A stretch of DNA of 63,008 nt, filler included, from Peribolospora baueri (lineage: Eukaryota): assembly GCA_029717555.1 (NCBI GenBank). It is 3 parts of 3 records of this genome, joined end to end, with 100 filler letters (N's around TTAATTAATTAA, not from the genome) between each part and the next. Parts side by side here need not be neighbours in the genome. Positions count along the whole stretch, not along the records: positions 24,265 to 47,838 come from JAMDHS010000151.1; 2 more parts are not named here. One strand, written 5' to 3'. Made by a program: the position numbers and the translations under genes. The notes beneath the pieces are model-generated. The model searched no databases. It was not told the DNA's origin and saw nothing but the letters and a program-made list of their open reading frames with translations. Below are positions 26,045 to 40,182 of this stretch, in pieces. Numbering within the stretch: the first letter of the stretch is position 1; every line of letters starts with the position of its first letter.

Positions 26045-29000
26045 TAATGCGTGTCCCTTCCTGGTTCACCGCACTACATAGAAGCTTGGCAACTCTTCCT
26101 GAGCCACAATGACGGTGCAATAGCCGATGCATTTGACGTGTACGAGCTGACTTCCGAGGATCGAACTGCAGCGCCTGCAAGGACGGCGGCAGGATGGCCA
26201 TCCGACCCTCCACCGATGATGGGAGCGACCACTCCGAGTCGTACCTTGCCAATGAAAGCTCAGCTAGAAAAAGTCCTTCCTGGGGAGTGGTTTTGATGAG
26301 AGCGCGCACGAAGTACTTTCACAGAGCGGCGGCGACCTTTCGTATCCTCAGGCCGAGCAAAGAACGCGCTGATATTGGCGACTTTGAAGGGAGCAACAGG
26401 AAGACAGTAATAGAAATCACAATAGACACTTTTCGGTTTCCCATCTCAACTTCGGTAGCCAGACACGCTCCAAGTCCCGCTTACAGAGTCCAACCTTGGC
26501 TGCGGAGCAAGGCAGCTGTGTCGCTCACCAAGTTTTTGCTGTGGCCGGCAACTTAAATCGACGACATTATTATGTATCACTACCCCGAACGGGGAGGTTC
26601 CTGCTGATAGCCCAGTTTTCACTATTTTACTATATTATAATCGGAGCACAGGCACAGGCACAGGCACAGGAACGACGGTACCGCCTCTTTTGGCTACGTG
26701 AAAGTGAGTGAAGGGCTGTTAATAGACAACTTGCGAAACCGCGCTTGGGACGTTGGAAGGGCGGAAAAGCCAGAGACTTTTCTGTCTCTCATTGCATGGC
26801 ACTGCCTGTATAAAACTCCTTATATACATGGAGTCTTCTGTGAGGACTTGGCGAGCATTGTCCTGTTCTGGAACAATGGAACAGGACAAGGTGAGAGCGT
26901 ATAGTAGAACGAAGGCATCATAGAACGAGGGAGCGCTACAAAGGAACGTAGCGAGAAGAATGGGAAAAAAGGGAGTTGGCGCTAACCCGTCACAACTCTA
27001 GGGAAGGCAGCGTGGGCGTCGACGAGGGAAAGCTCAACCAGTATATAAGGGCGTCCGGACCCCGGGGGCACGGCTTCCTGCAGTGGCAACGTATGCTACA
27101 ACCGCGAAGAATAAAAGATGATGGAATTCGAAAATGAGGATAGTCACGGCGACGGAAAATGAAGTCAGTTGACCAGCACATACTACCCGTCAAGGAACAA
27201 CGCCACACATCCACGTAGCAATGCCCATGGCACTTGCAAGCAGTGTCGACAGGGTCACTGGTTTGTTTGCCAGCCTCGCGTGGGGCCACTTTGGCGGTCT
27301 CAGTGCCTACAATGGTCTTCCCGAAGATGGTGTCCGTCGAGCATTCCAAGAGAAAGCTGTTGCAAGAGTACTGCGACATCATCTGCACATTGTTAGGAGC
27401 ACAACAGCCGGCGCTGAAGAGCTCAGTCGAGTTGACTTGACTTTGTGTTGTTCGAGGTTGGATCCGAGGAAGTCCTGTTGGGAAATTGAGGGAACGGCGC
27501 GAGAGAAGGGGTAGATAAGCCCTATCTGCGTCAGGTGGCAGCAAGGTACTGCGTGGCTTGGTTAGCGGAGCAGTGTGCTGATCAAGCTTGTGTCGGAGGG
27601 GGAACCACTTCTTCTCCACCTGGCAAGCTTGGACAGCCAAATGAGCTAGCCGCTTATATACCTTGTTCAAAGGGGATACGCCGCACCAGGGAGAGATCGG
27701 TAAATAGACCCTCGCGTGAGGAGTCCGTTTTATCTGATAGTATTGAGCGAAAGTGGCCTGCAATGAAAGTATTTGAATGTTCAAGCAGATGAAAACGGTT
27801 GAAAAGGACTCACGGACACGAGACCAGTCAAAACAAGCGGTCTTCGACCACGATATCCTTCACCATCCTCTCCAGCAACCAGGCTCGAGCCTCGGTCACG
27901 GAGAGAAGTCCTGAAGTCGTGGACTCGGATCCTGGCTGAGGCAGAAGGGGGTTTAAGTCCGGGTCGTCACAACGTGGCACTTGTGTCCACGGTCCACTCT
28001 TCGACTCATTTCGCAGCAACAGCCATATCCCACTCTACATGACTCATTATCCGTCGTTTCCGCACCCCCCAAATTTCGTCCTGCATCTTGCTATGACAGA
28101 CATGATTCTGACTCTGTGCACTGCCATTCTGGTCCACCGCCATTAGAAATCTCTCCTGAACCTCAACGAGACCTGGTCCCAGGGAGACCGCTTCATTTCG
28201 CGCAGTCGCCGGAACTAGGTCCACGGACTTGCCACTCAGTCGACGAATCGAAAACTCGAGCTGGCCCTTGGCCTGGCCCCCCTCAACTGACGGACCGTCA
28301 TGCAAGGATAAGAGCTGGCACATCTGCACTTGAGGATCAGCTCCAAGAAAAAAGGCCGAAGCTCGAAACTTGAGAAATGCAACGCGCTCACACTCAGGAA
28401 TCTCGTCCAAGTTCAGGTGCATGCGGACGGCACCTAAGAACTCGTGCCTTTCCGCCCTGCCTCCAGCTTGACGAAACACTCTTAGATCTAAGCACGCGTG
28501 ATCGGGCACCCTAAAGACCGGCAGAAGATTTACGAGAAGCGCAAGCGGGAGTGTAGGTAGCGATGGGAATGGCAAATGCGTGGAAGTGGAAAGAATGGCT
28601 CACGTGAGGTCAAATTCTTTATCCCACTCAGGGGCCTTGCTTTTCAAGGTCTGCGTTTCTACAGGAACGCCCGCAGAGAACGCCTGTTGTCCGTCAAGAA
28701 AGATGCGAACAAAGGCTTCTGGTCGATGGGCGACCAAACCACTTTTCCAAGCCGGAAGGCCGGTTGCGCGGCGCACTGGGAGTGAGTGAGTTCGAGAACA
28801 GAAAACATCTCATTTGAAGGAGGAGCGGCGACGTTGAAAGCCATTCTGTGGAATGGTGTGGGGAAGAGAGAGGTCTGGTTACGTACCATGGACTCTGATG
28901 GTGAGGCGGGATTGTAGCGGCGTGGATGCGGTGATCAACTCGGTCGGTCCGAGATCGTCAATAGCCACGGCCTCTGTGGAGTGGAAGTAGGTAGGAGGTC

Positions 29001-32000
29001 AAAGTCTGCCAGTTACGCTCGTTGATGCAAGAGGTGAAAAGGAGGAAGCCATCTGGATGGAGGGCCGTAGCGGGGCACCGCCTTGACAAGGAGCCTCGTA
29101 TAGCGCAACTTGGACAACATGCATGTGCCATCGAAGTGTGCACTCACGCTAGACTGGGCGATGAAGCACGTGACAGGCGATGGTAAAAGCCTAGTTCTGA
29201 GCGGCGCTTTGTGGGACGTTGGACGCCGTGGAAAGCGGCATTGAAGCGGAGAAAGACGAGTGGGGAGTTCGATGCCGGATTCGGCCTGAGAGATAGAGGC
29301 AAGGGTAAGGCTTCTAAACGCCCACGCCAATGCCTATCAAGCCCTTAGAAAACCGCCGGCAAATCTTTCATCTCCGCCTCCGACCTCCTACTGCGTTCAG
29401 AAAGACGCTCGGTTCAATTGGGGCTCAGGGGCTCGGTCCAGCGGCTGTGAGAGGGAGGGCGGAGGCCGGGCGGTGGTGATAGGGACGGTGGCGGCTGCCC
29501 GCTGCCGCAGATTCATCGGGGTCTCCGACTGATCCATAGCTCTCTCGTTGCTCCCTCGTTCATCATCGCCGTCGCCTACCTCCCAATGGGGACGCAGCAG
29601 CGACGAGGGAAAGGGATGTGATAACCTTGTTCGATGATGTGTGTTTCGATAAATCTACACTAGAGTACACTCATGTATTCCGTCGACGATGACAATGACG
29701 GTAGCATGTGGAATGATGGAGCAGGGTTGCAGACAAGAATAGAAAGAAAAGGTGGGACTGGATGATGCTTACATGGCGCCGGACGGCTCGGTCGTTCGCC
29801 GTAAATCGTGCTCCTCGTCCAACAGCAGAAAAGTAAAAGTGTCCTAGATGAATGCAAAAGTAAACAATCGCTCTGATAGCACAGCGGCGGCTTTGACGGG
29901 ATGTCATCTATTTGGCTACGCGACGGACGTAGACCACTGCCATGCCTGCCCTTGATGATGGCAGACGTTTCGTCCGTTCGCCGGCCTTTCCGTCGGCCCT
30001 CCTCGCCGGGCTCCTTGACGAGCATCGCATACCCTTCTTCCGTCATACCGTTCTCAGCGACTGGGAAAAAGCTTCTTGTACCTCCCCTCGTTGCCGTCGA
30101 CTGTCAAATTCGGTTTAGGCTGATCAGTCGTAGTCCAGGACACGGTGGGGGTTGGGCCGTCAGATATTGTAGGTATCCAAGATGTTGACCGCGATGGATC
30201 TTAACTGATCGGCGTCCCAGGTTAGAATATGGAACCGCGGTAGTAGTAGACCGACTGATGACCGAGAATGGAGCCATTGAAAAGACGTCATGGGCATCAT
30301 TTACCTTTGCGAGCGAAGTAATAGTCTTGGTCATTGGTGAGTTGGACGGTCGTAAACTGGACGGGAATAGCGCATTGCTGGCGCGGCTGAACAGTCGTCG
30401 TGCGAGCTGCTCTTACTGCTCCCTCCGAGACGGGGTACTTTCGGTACAGGGCGAAGACGAGTTGCCTGAGCAGCGGTGTCGAGGGAACGATCCATATGAG
30501 GCGGTGGCGCTCGAGGCGTGGGGAAGGCCGAAGTGGGCTCTTGGGCCGAAGCAGCCTGCTGAGTAGCGGGCCCGGCTAGACGGTCGAGTAGGTGAGCAAT
30601 CTGAGTGCTGAACGCTCCAGGCGGAGCCCAACAACCGAGTCTAGCGGCACCTGGCCACCCGAACTGAGCCCCGGCGACTACATCCTGCACTCGTAAAATC
30701 TGACCCCGATAAGGGAAACGCTCCTTGTCTTGAAGTTTATGTAAACCTCACGCAGCGAAACCGCAGACCTTCACTTACAGACTCACGAAACTACGCCGGA
30801 GCCGTACGATTCGTCAAAGCGAATACGACGTGTGCGCGGTCGATCAGGAATGGTCCAGAAGACGTGCGGCCATCTGAGGTTCCGGATGACGAATCCGTCG
30901 ATGACCCTGACCAAGTTGGTACCCAAAGAACATGCAGAGTGCCCAGATGCCGAGGCGGAGACCTCGCTCTTGGACGAAGAACGTGTATACGATGAGCGTT
31001 CGCACGATCCCTTAGAGGGGACATATGCCGACGCTTTGCAGGCAGCGAGAGCCAAGAAGAGAGTTATGCACCAGAGTTCGACAGGAATCCTACCGGTCTG
31101 TCGCCCCTGCTCCCCGCAGTCTCGATACCCCTCCTTCCTGGCCCTCGTCCTGCGAGCTTTCTCCGAGTCGTTTCCCTTGACAACGAACGCCCGCAGGGAG
31201 ACCCCCAGGACTCTAGATGTCGCCTACTGTACTGTGCTCACATCACATAGGGGTTTAGATTGAAGGGTAAGGGAAAGGCCATCGTAACCCTCCTACCCAA
31301 GGTGGAGACCAATCCAACTGCCAAGGACCTTCGAGCTATTAATACTGAAGTACATGCCGACTGTCTCGGCCCTAAGACGGAAGGACGGATCGGAGGACGA
31401 AATTAGACTCTATGAACTCGGACAAATGTCCCTTTTCCTCCCCATCGTATGACATCGCGATGCATCTTTCAATCTTGGCTATAGTCGGAAACTTGTCTAC
31501 CCAAGCGTCGCTATATACCAAGTAATGCAGAGGGTCGTTCTTGAGGGTGTAATAGTCTTCGTGATACTCCGGGCAGAAGCGAGGAAAAGGAAGGCATATC
31601 GCGGTCCGTGGGCGACCGCGAACCACGTCTCGGCCACAGCGGCTAGTGTGTGGGCGCTAGTGGGCGTGTGCCCATAACAGAAGTACAAGGAAGTGGACAA
31701 AGGGAGTTGGCGCCGACGTGTCCTCTCCACGTAACATGTATCATCCTCAGGGACTAACAGGTGGCTCTTGCTGGAGCCACCTCACATCGACCTTTGTGCG
31801 GTGCTCTCTACGACATATCAGATCGCCCATTTCATCGTCCACCTCACTTATGGGTTGATATGATACCAAACGCCGAGTAGGCTAGATTGGATCGACGAGA
31901 GATGGAGAGCGAAAATTCAATGGGTGGATGCTGAGGTGGTGGAAAGATGTGGGCCTCCCAGGAGGAGGCACGTCCCCGCACGCTCTTATATACTCTACAC

Positions 32001-32179
32001 CTGGTAGGGCAACAGCTGCACAGCCTCAGCAGGACAGCACGCGTCCCAGTCTACTAGCATGTGCTAGGAAGGAAGCGCGGGGTGACCAGAAGGATGGGGT
32101 AAACGAAGGAAAAGAAGGAAGGAGGAAGGAGAGAAAAGAAGGAGGTTGGTAGGAGACCTGGGAAGTAGATGAGGAAGCT

Positions 32180-32610
32180 CATGTGTAGCGTATTCCCAGT
32201 CCAACAACGCGGTCACTTTGCCGTCCTTGGCGAGAATGTTGCACGCCACGCCGACAAGTCGCCGTGACAGAGAACGATGTCGCACTGCTCGATCTGAATG
32301 GCGCCCGATTCCAAATGGGAAATCAGGCGATCCAGCGATTCGATGTGCGGTCTTTCGATGGCGCGAAGACGGCGAATGAGATACTCGAGAACCGATCCAC
32401 ACGGTTCCAGAGACGGAGGAATGTCGCTGGAGAGCCGCGGGCTAACAAGCTGCTGGTCCGGTCCAAAGCCTCGGATTACATCGCTCTTGATTGACCGTAG
32501 CTGCTCCCGAAAAGCTAGTATTTGGGCCACCAGGTTGTCGTCGATGACTGCGTCGTCGTCATCCGGCAGAGGAGTTCCTTCCATCTTCTCCAGGTACATG
32601 AATTCGTAGA
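32180..32610 (-). pseudogene. Aminoglycoside phosphotransferase/choline kinase-like (APH) fragment
   Basis: YLEKMEGTPL and VLCHGDLS..[frameshift]NILAKDGKVTALLDWEYA. The fragment is 5' truncated. Confidence 0.75.
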
Positions 32611-32639
32611 GACCGACTGTTCCAAGGCGGTATACCTCG

Positions 32640-33050
32640 CGAATCTATGAAGAAGTTGAAGAGGACCGGGGAGATTGGGGCTCCTTGTGGGAGGCCACAG
32701 TGTCTTTCGAACGGGGCTGTTTCAAGTCCATTGACAACGAGGGATGCTGAGGCGCCGCTGGTTATTGAGGAGAAGGCTAGAGCCTGCCAATGGGCTGGGG
32801 CCCCTTTAGCTGCAAGTGCTGCTATGACATGCTCTGCTTTGACCGAGTCATATGCCGCCTTGAAGTCCAGGAGAATGGCAATGCTGTGGGGTCTTCGTCG
32901 AGCGACATGGTCTGCAATGAGGAGGTTGGAGAGGCAGCTCCAGCCTCTTCGAAAGCCAGCCTGGCCGGGGTGGAGTGCCGTCCATGTGTTCGGTTTGGCT
33001 TGGAGTCCTGGCAGGATGCCGATCTCGAAGAGGCGCCGGAACATCGGCAG
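32640..33050 (-). mobile_element. Non-LTR (LINE) reverse transcriptase fragment
   Basis: HPGQAGFRRG, LLDFKAAYDSV and GLPQGAPISPVLFNFFID. It ends before the YADD motif. Confidence 0.9.
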
Positions 33051-33359
33051 ATGGAGCTATCTGGGCCAGGAACAAGTCAGAGGCCCAACCTAGGCCTCCA
33101 CCTACTCAACATAATTGGCGCACAGCTGGGCCTGCCAGACGCAGGTGTACACATCGACCTTCCCCGGAATTCACCCGCACCGGCGACTTCTCTCATGTCA
33201 CTCCCCCATACCCAGATCCTGCCAACATAACCACCGCTCCACTCTTTCTCACTCTCCTTAAAGCGGATGAATTCCTGCATCACGGCTATCGGCCATCGAT
33301 AAACGGAAGGTTGTCATCGGCTGCAGCATGCAGTCCACGCCGAGTGGAGCGGGAAACGG

Positions 33360-33762
33360 GTGTTTCTTCGATCGGCCTGGCGCACACAGACTTGAAAGAG
33401 AACCTACCGACCTCTCAATTCGTCCAGTCCATCCATCCTTCCATCCAACGTTAGCTCTCCATGCTACGGGACCTCTACGGCGTCGCAGTCCTGGACGGAG
33501 TACAGACATCCCTCAACAGACGACGCGAGCGGTGTGGGCGACAGGTATTTTTTTGACAGGCCTGGCGCACAGACTTTAAACAGGATCAATCCATCAATTC
33601 ATCGATCCATCAATCCCTCGTTCGATCGAACGTTCCCTCCCTCGTTCGTTCAATCGAACTTTCCCTTTCTCCTTCGTTCAATCCAACGTTCCCTTTCCGC
33701 GCTACGGGACCTCTACGCCTAACTGCGGCGTTGCTGTCCTGGAAAAGAGTACAGACATCCTC
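33360..33762. repeat. Imperfect tandem duplication
   Basis: GGCCTGGCGCACA(CA)GACTT and GCTACGGGACCTCTACG..GTCCTGGA..GAGTACAGACATCC each occur twice in the same order. Confidence 0.7.
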
Positions 33763-33979
33763 ACCGTGCCCATGAGAAGCCAAGTGGCGCCACGACATGG
33801 TCACAGTCGCCTCCCACACCACCTCTCTTTCGTTCTGTGACTGAGCGCCGGCGCTCACTTTCGACTTCTCTTCCTCCTCTCATTTGCCCTTCCTATCCTC
33901 TTCTTTCCCACCACAGGCGCTGGCCGCCCCTCCTTCCTTTTCTTTGCTCCATTACCTGTCCCTCCTTCCTCGTCTCAGA

Positions 33980-34607
33980 ATGATGGTTCCAACCAGGATG
34001 TTTACGGCGGTCTTGCCCCTGGCGGTGGTTGCTACGCTGCTCCTCGTCTTCAGCAACCTTCCGTCTACCCAAGCCGCTGTTATCCCTTATGAATTCAAGA
34101 TGGAGCGCAGCCTCGTGAGTACCACACTCCTTACACCGTTCGACCGTCCTCCTCCGCATTTCAGGTTAACACCTCTCACTCGTCTCCATGCCATTCGTTT
34201 CACAGATCGATCTGGCAGAGCGAGCCGACGACCTGTGGATGGAGCGATCCCCCGCGGTCGGCTATCGAATGTATCACGACCCAAAGCTGGAGGAAAAGCC
34301 AATCCCGGTCAAACGTGGCGACAAGGGAAAGAAAAAGGCATCGTCAATGGCGTCATCGGGGTCATCGGCGCCATCTTCAACGGCGCCATCGTTTGACTGG
34401 TCTTCTCATGGGTCTACCTCCAGCAAGGGCACCACCGATTCAACTCATGCCCAGGGCGGGAATGGCAACGGAAACAACATCTTGGGCGGGCCTATAACTG
34501 AGGAGCCAGAGGAAATGACGCAGGAGCAGATGAACGCGTCGCCTAACCAAGGTCCATCCCAACCAAGACCGCCCCAGCCACCGCATCCCAGCTATGGAAG
34601 ACACTGA
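33980..34607 (+). CDS. Small secreted protein (signal peptide; one phase-0 intron about 34114-34205)
   Basis: Hydrophobic MFTAVLPLAVVATLLLVFSNLPSTQA-AVIP. The GTGAGT..CACAG intron joins in frame to IDLAERADD..YGRH*. Confidence 0.65.
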
Positions 34608-35740
34608 ATCCTCGGCTATGAAGCTTGCAGGAAGGTCATAGGCTCACCCCATGTCACGAACCTGACCCAAACACACACAGTATTCCATCACGTGACCATC
34701 TGCAGTTCCTGACGCGTGACGGCCCTCTCTTGTGCGGTACCCCGCACCATGGCTTGTCTATAAAGACGGGTACTCCTCCTAATCCCTCGGGCCCTTCATC
34801 CGTTCTAGCTTCTCCTTCCCTGTACACACTCTTCAGCTCTGTCTTTGCAATCCTGGTCCCTGTTCTATCGCCATCGTTGCACGCCTCTCCCGCCTCCTAC
34901 CTTGGGTAGCCCCCGTGCGGCCCGCCTCGGCCCTCTTCTAGCTCTGTTCTTAACACCACATATGGCAACACGCCAGCCGCACACCGTCAGGACGTTGCTG
35001 GGGCTGGTCGAGTAGTTGGTATGCACGGTCTGCGTCGGGTGGGAGTGTTGGAAATCGGCAGGGACGAGTACCGTAGTTAAACGGCTGAAGGCGGACATAA
35101 CTATGTAATCAGCTGTGCTGTTACTGCGGCCCAGTACTGCGACTTCACTGCCTCCGCTGCTCCATTTTGTACGCTCCCTAACTCTTTGGAAAGAAGTAAT
35201 ACTGTATTTTCTTTTTAGCAGTCTGCTCAAAGGAGGATGTTCGCGCGTAGTTCACCGCCATCCGCCCTTCTCTCGTCCTTCGCCGCTCATACGCCTTCCG
35301 TAGCCGTCCGTATGTTTCGTGTATCCACACTGCCGTACATAGCGCCGTTTCCCTACCCCTGCCCTGCCATCTACGCCTCCGCTCACGTTCACACCTGTGC
35401 CGTCCGTGACGCTGGAGAAAGGAACAGGATTGTCCGATGCGCGCTGAACGGGCGAGAGACGAGGAAGACAAGAAGACGGCGCTGCTGCTCTTGCTTTACG
35501 TCGGCTCTGACGGAATCAAGGCCGCCAGGGCATCTATCCTCTCCCAACGCCCTCCCTTCGTCCTCGTGAGACTCGTGAGAGTGACGCCGTCGATCGTCGA
35601 TGTGTCTCCGTCTCCGTTCCGCCTGCGTCGAAATGCTGCGGCCGACGCGTCCCCCGTTCGTTAACGCGCTCCCCGGTGATCGGCGCGATCCATGACCTCC
35701 CCGAGGTGACCGCCATCTGGGACGACCCGCGCTGTTCACC

Positions 35741-38700
35741 ATGGAGACGATCCAAGTCGACCCCGCCCTTGTGGACGATGATCCGGGCGCGGCCGGCCCA
35801 TCTTCCGCCCCTCAACCCACCCCGTCTCGACGGCCTTTGAAGCGAAAGGCTCCGGACAGTCGCCTGAACACGCCGCGGGAGGATGCGAAGGAGAAGGAGG
35901 AGACGGAGGAAGGAGAGCAAACGAACGGTCCTTTTGTAGCCTCTTCTACGCTAAAGGGAAGGTTGAGAACGGTGGACTGCTTTCGGACGTCTTCTGACGG
36001 TGCCCTCGCCGTCGTCACCACCGAGAGCTTGCACATTTTGGTGAGCCGCTGTCGGTCGGCCAGCAGACTCCGAAGACGGTCCGGACCACGCTCCTCACCG
36101 CCCCCGTCCCCGTCGCTCCCCCTCGTCCTTCATAGACACCCCGCATAGGCGTCGCACCCGCATTCGACAAACTCACCCCCGCCTGCACACAGGCCGCGCT
36201 CCGCCGCCTCGCGCCCGAGGAAGGTGCGGCAGACGTTGGCGAAGGCGCCGGCGGCGAGGAGGGGGTCACCGCTCTTCACAAGATGCACTTTCCCCAACGG
36301 CTGTTTCACACCGAGGTTAGAGTGAACAAACACGCTCGAGTGGAGTGGGCCTCGTTGAGCCATGGTGAGTAGGCACGCATGTATGGCATCGCAGACGGAG
36401 GACACGATTCGACGAGCGGTCGAGGCGCGTTGACCGTATGAATGTATGAACCCGCGCAGACATGTCGACGCTCGTCGGAGGCGCCGCCAATCCGATGTGG
36501 AAGGTGGCCACCTGGTCTCCCTCCTATCTCAATGCGTTTGGAGGGTGAGTCGTCGGTTGTCGGTGGTCGGTTGTCGGTCGCCGGTCGCCGGTCGTCAATC
36601 ATCGACCGCCGATCGTTTCTTGTGCCGGACCGCTGCTCACCGCGCGTGTGCCTCTCCCGTCCCTTTCTTCCTCGACAAAGCCCCTTCCTGGCGGCCTTGA
36701 ACAGCGCCATGGAGGTATGCGTTTACGCCCCGACCAAGGATCTTTTCGGAGGAGCGTGGGAGATGGTGAGCCCGTGCCACGGACGGGACGCGGCGGAACG
36801 GCAGCATGTTGACTTTTTCCTTTCCCCCCCCCCCCTTGTCGTGCCGGCCCGTCAGATCCAAGACCTCACTTTCGATCGCATTGCAAAGCTCAAGTCCCAG
36901 CCCGCCGTCAAGGCATTGTTGCAACTGCAGTCCACGAGTGGGTCGTTGTCTTTCCCGCATGCCGTCCCGTCAGGTCGACTCCGGCTGACCTCGTTTCGCC
37001 ACCCTTGCCGTTAGCCGTGTCCTGGTCACCGGCATGTCGATGGCCGACGTCCGCGCCATCTTCCTCGCGCTTGACACCCTTCCGCGACCACTCGCTTTTG
37101 GCCGTAGGCGACAGCGCCGGCGAGATCTCTTTTTGGGCTCTCGCACCCGAACACGGACGGCTAGAGGAGCGCTTCCGACAGCGCGTCGCCGAGACCTCGA
37201 TCACCGACGTGGTCTGGACCGAGTGGAGGCCCGTGCGCGACGTCTGGTTTCAGGCACATGTGGCCGTTCAGGCTGGCGACGGGTCCCTACGCATCTGGCT
37301 CGTCAGGCAGACCGGGACCGACGGGGAAAGAGAGCGGCGATACGAGATGGAGGCGATCACGACAGTCTTGAAGCCTAGGGAGGCCGTGCCGACCGTGGTG
37401 CGGTGGGTCGGGTCGCCGGACGAGGTGAGCTTGCTCGTCGCGTCCTTGTGCTAGATGTGCCCTCACAGACGTCTGTCCGCTCTGTCTCCGCTTTCCAAAG
37501 GATCAGACCCTGGCGTTCGCCACGCCCGGTGAGGCGCATTTCGTTACCGTGCTCGCTTCCCCAAACGGACAAGGCCGGCGAGACATTGGCGTGTCGAAGC
37601 GAGCGACCGTTCGCCTGGAGACCTCGCTCGCCACTTCGCACTCGTCGTTCCTCTCTCCTGCCACCGCTCTCGTCCCTCTCCCTCCTTCCGATGTCCTCCT
37701 TACTCTCGCAGACGGCTCGATTCACCTGTTTCGGTCTGTCGGCGTCGAAAATCATGCTCTACCGACGTACGACCGCGAGGCCAGCCACGCGATCACGGCG
37801 AGGGTCAGAGCGGCGATAGAGGAGCATGACTCTCGGATTCGTAAACGACCCACGTGGAAGGACAAGCTGAAGATATGCGGCGCTGCGGGCTTCGGAGACG
37901 GAGCGTTGGCGGTGGCGTACGAGTTGGGTGCCTTTTTTTTTCCTCTCCTCGAAGAGCGGCGGTCGTGTTTCGCTGACGTGGCGCGTCACGCTACAGATGG
38001 TCTCGACCGCAACAGTGGGGTTATCTCCCAGACAGCGCCTGGTTCGGCAACTTTGTGCTCATGAACGACGTTCTCGGCGATGTCGCTCTCCGGCGGCCGC
38101 TCGCGGCGTCGTTGGAGGACACGTGGGAGCGGTCGGGTGACGGTGAGTGAGCGGTCCGGCGGTCCGGGCAACATCGTGTCACTCAAGCTGGGACTGCTTC
38201 TTGCATTATGGACACAGTCGTGTCCCGCTCTCCGCTCTCTTCACTCCAGCCGCTCCTCCTTCGGTTACAGGCCGGTCTCGCCCAAGACCCTACCGTGGCG
38301 GGAGAGTTGCTGAGCTGGATCCGAGACCGTGTATCGCAGGACGAGTCGGCCCTGTTCATGCCGTCAAGGCCTGGCGGCGGTACGGTGTCCGAGCGGGGCA
38401 CACAACCGCCGGCCCTGCTCAGACATGCGTTCGCCCGAGCTTTGATCGGCAACGAGGCGTTGAATCGGCAACGTGGGCTTTGGAGGGTAGTTCGATTCAT
38501 CCTCGTGAGTCCATGACGACGGCCTCGCTTCGTTTGTATCGTACCGGCCGGCCGGGGCTCATTCGCTTGTTTCTTCTCACCGAGCAGGCACAGAAGCTCT
38601 CTGCAGACGCTCGAGAGGACTTTACGGCACTCGCTCGTCGGTTGTCCCATAACCTCCTCCGCACGCTGCTCTACGCGACCGCCGATACCATCGTCGGTTT

Positions 38701-39362
38701 CATCGACGTAGAAGAAGGGGGAGATGCCGGTGAGTCGACGCGTCGGTTGACAGGCCACCCACGGACATTCATGTTCTGTTCAATCTCCCAGCTGAGATCC
38801 AGCGATTCCCAACCTCTGTCCGGACCCTGACCAACATCGCCGTGGCCGTGCTGCTGTCGTCCGGTGATTCGTCGACCCCTCCCATCGCCGAACTGGCCCG
38901 ACGCCTCCTGGCCCTCTCCGGCAACGTCGATCTCGCCGCCTCTCTTCCTCCGACCGTTGAGGTTGCGTCAAAGGAATGGACCTTGACGCCCGGCGTGTGG
39001 ACCGGAGAGACCTGCGCGGCCTGCGGAGCCAAGGTCGACTTGGACGATTTGAGGACGGGCCGGTGCGAGCGAGGACATCCTTGGGGTGAGCGGGCGCCGT
39101 GTTCGGCTGGACGCCGGCCACGCAGGGTCTCACCTCCCGTCGGCATTTTTCTCCCACAGACCGTTGCGCCCTCACCCTCCAGCTTATCACCACGACCGAC
39201 GTCTGCACCTGCATCGGTTGCGGCACCAAGGCCCTCGTCCCCCCCCGGCTCGTCGGCGACGACGTGGGGAGCGAACGAGGGCACACGGACGTGGCCCTCG
39301 AACTGTTGAGCAGCATCAAGGTGTGCGTCACTTGCGGAGATCGGGTCATCAGAATGCTGTAG
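35741..39362 (+). CDS. TFIIIC subunit delta/GTF3C4 (Tfc8/Sfc9)-like, WD40 plus C-terminal zinc finger (multi-exon)
   Basis: SSDGALAVVT, WKVATWSP, LAALNSAMEVCVYAP, VSWSP..LLAVGDSAGEISFW and ETCAACG..CERGHPW|DRCALT..CIGCG..CVTCG. Confidence 0.75.
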
Positions 39363-40182
39363 GGATCGGTCCGCCGCAAGAAGCGTGTGGTGGTGTGGGC
39401 AGGGCGGATCTCAACCGGTGCACTCCCGCTTTCGTCTTCGGGCGATCTCGTGAGCCGACACAGATCACAAGGTGCCGCCCCCGTCGCCAAATCCAAGGGG
39501 CTTTTCTTTGGAGAGGACGCCGGTCAATAATCGCATTGTCGTCCTCTTCCTCCGTACCGAACCATGGGTTGGTAGCAGCTAGCAAAAGGGAGCGTCAGGC
39601 AGTGGTCGAGACGAATAAAGTGAGGGCGAGAAACGGAGATGGTGAATGTGCCGGACGGAAAAGAGAAGATACGGGTGGACTTCGTCCGGCGTCCGCGGGC
39701 TACTCCGACGGTCGCGAAAAGACGGCAAGTTTGGGCCAGGACGGTTTTGAACGGACCGCGTTTTCCCAAAAGACACGAGCCATGCTGACACTGTATCGTT
39801 CGCCCAGCGGCATGCCCGCGAAGCAGCGGCGTGGCAGTTGCAGCGTACGAGGGTGGATGCCCAAGTGGGTGCATGAAGGGCAGACGCGCTGACGATGGTC
39901 GAGAACAGGAACAGTGCCGGCTGGAAAACGTGTGGAATCGGCAGCGACTTGGGCCGGAGACTGGAAGGGAAGACTGCCTAAGCCGTGCGAGTCATTCAGT
40001 GTGGCGGTCCTGGTCTACTGCGAACGGAGCAGGATTGGTAGTATCGAGTGGCACAGAGGACGAAAAAGTCCCCAGGATCGAAACAAAAGACATTGGCAAC
40101 GCGCCGTAGACAAGCGGTTCTCAATCTCATTGCCTGCATGCGACCAGCCTGACGGATGACGAAGACTACACTGCGATTCGCC

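Noticed and set aside
26400..31900. Lower-GC stretch with scattered ORFs (26990-27784, 28006-28575, 30104-30334, 31372-31626)
   Set aside because: Probably decayed TE or gene relics, but no motif could be named. No CHAT catalytic domain was found here.
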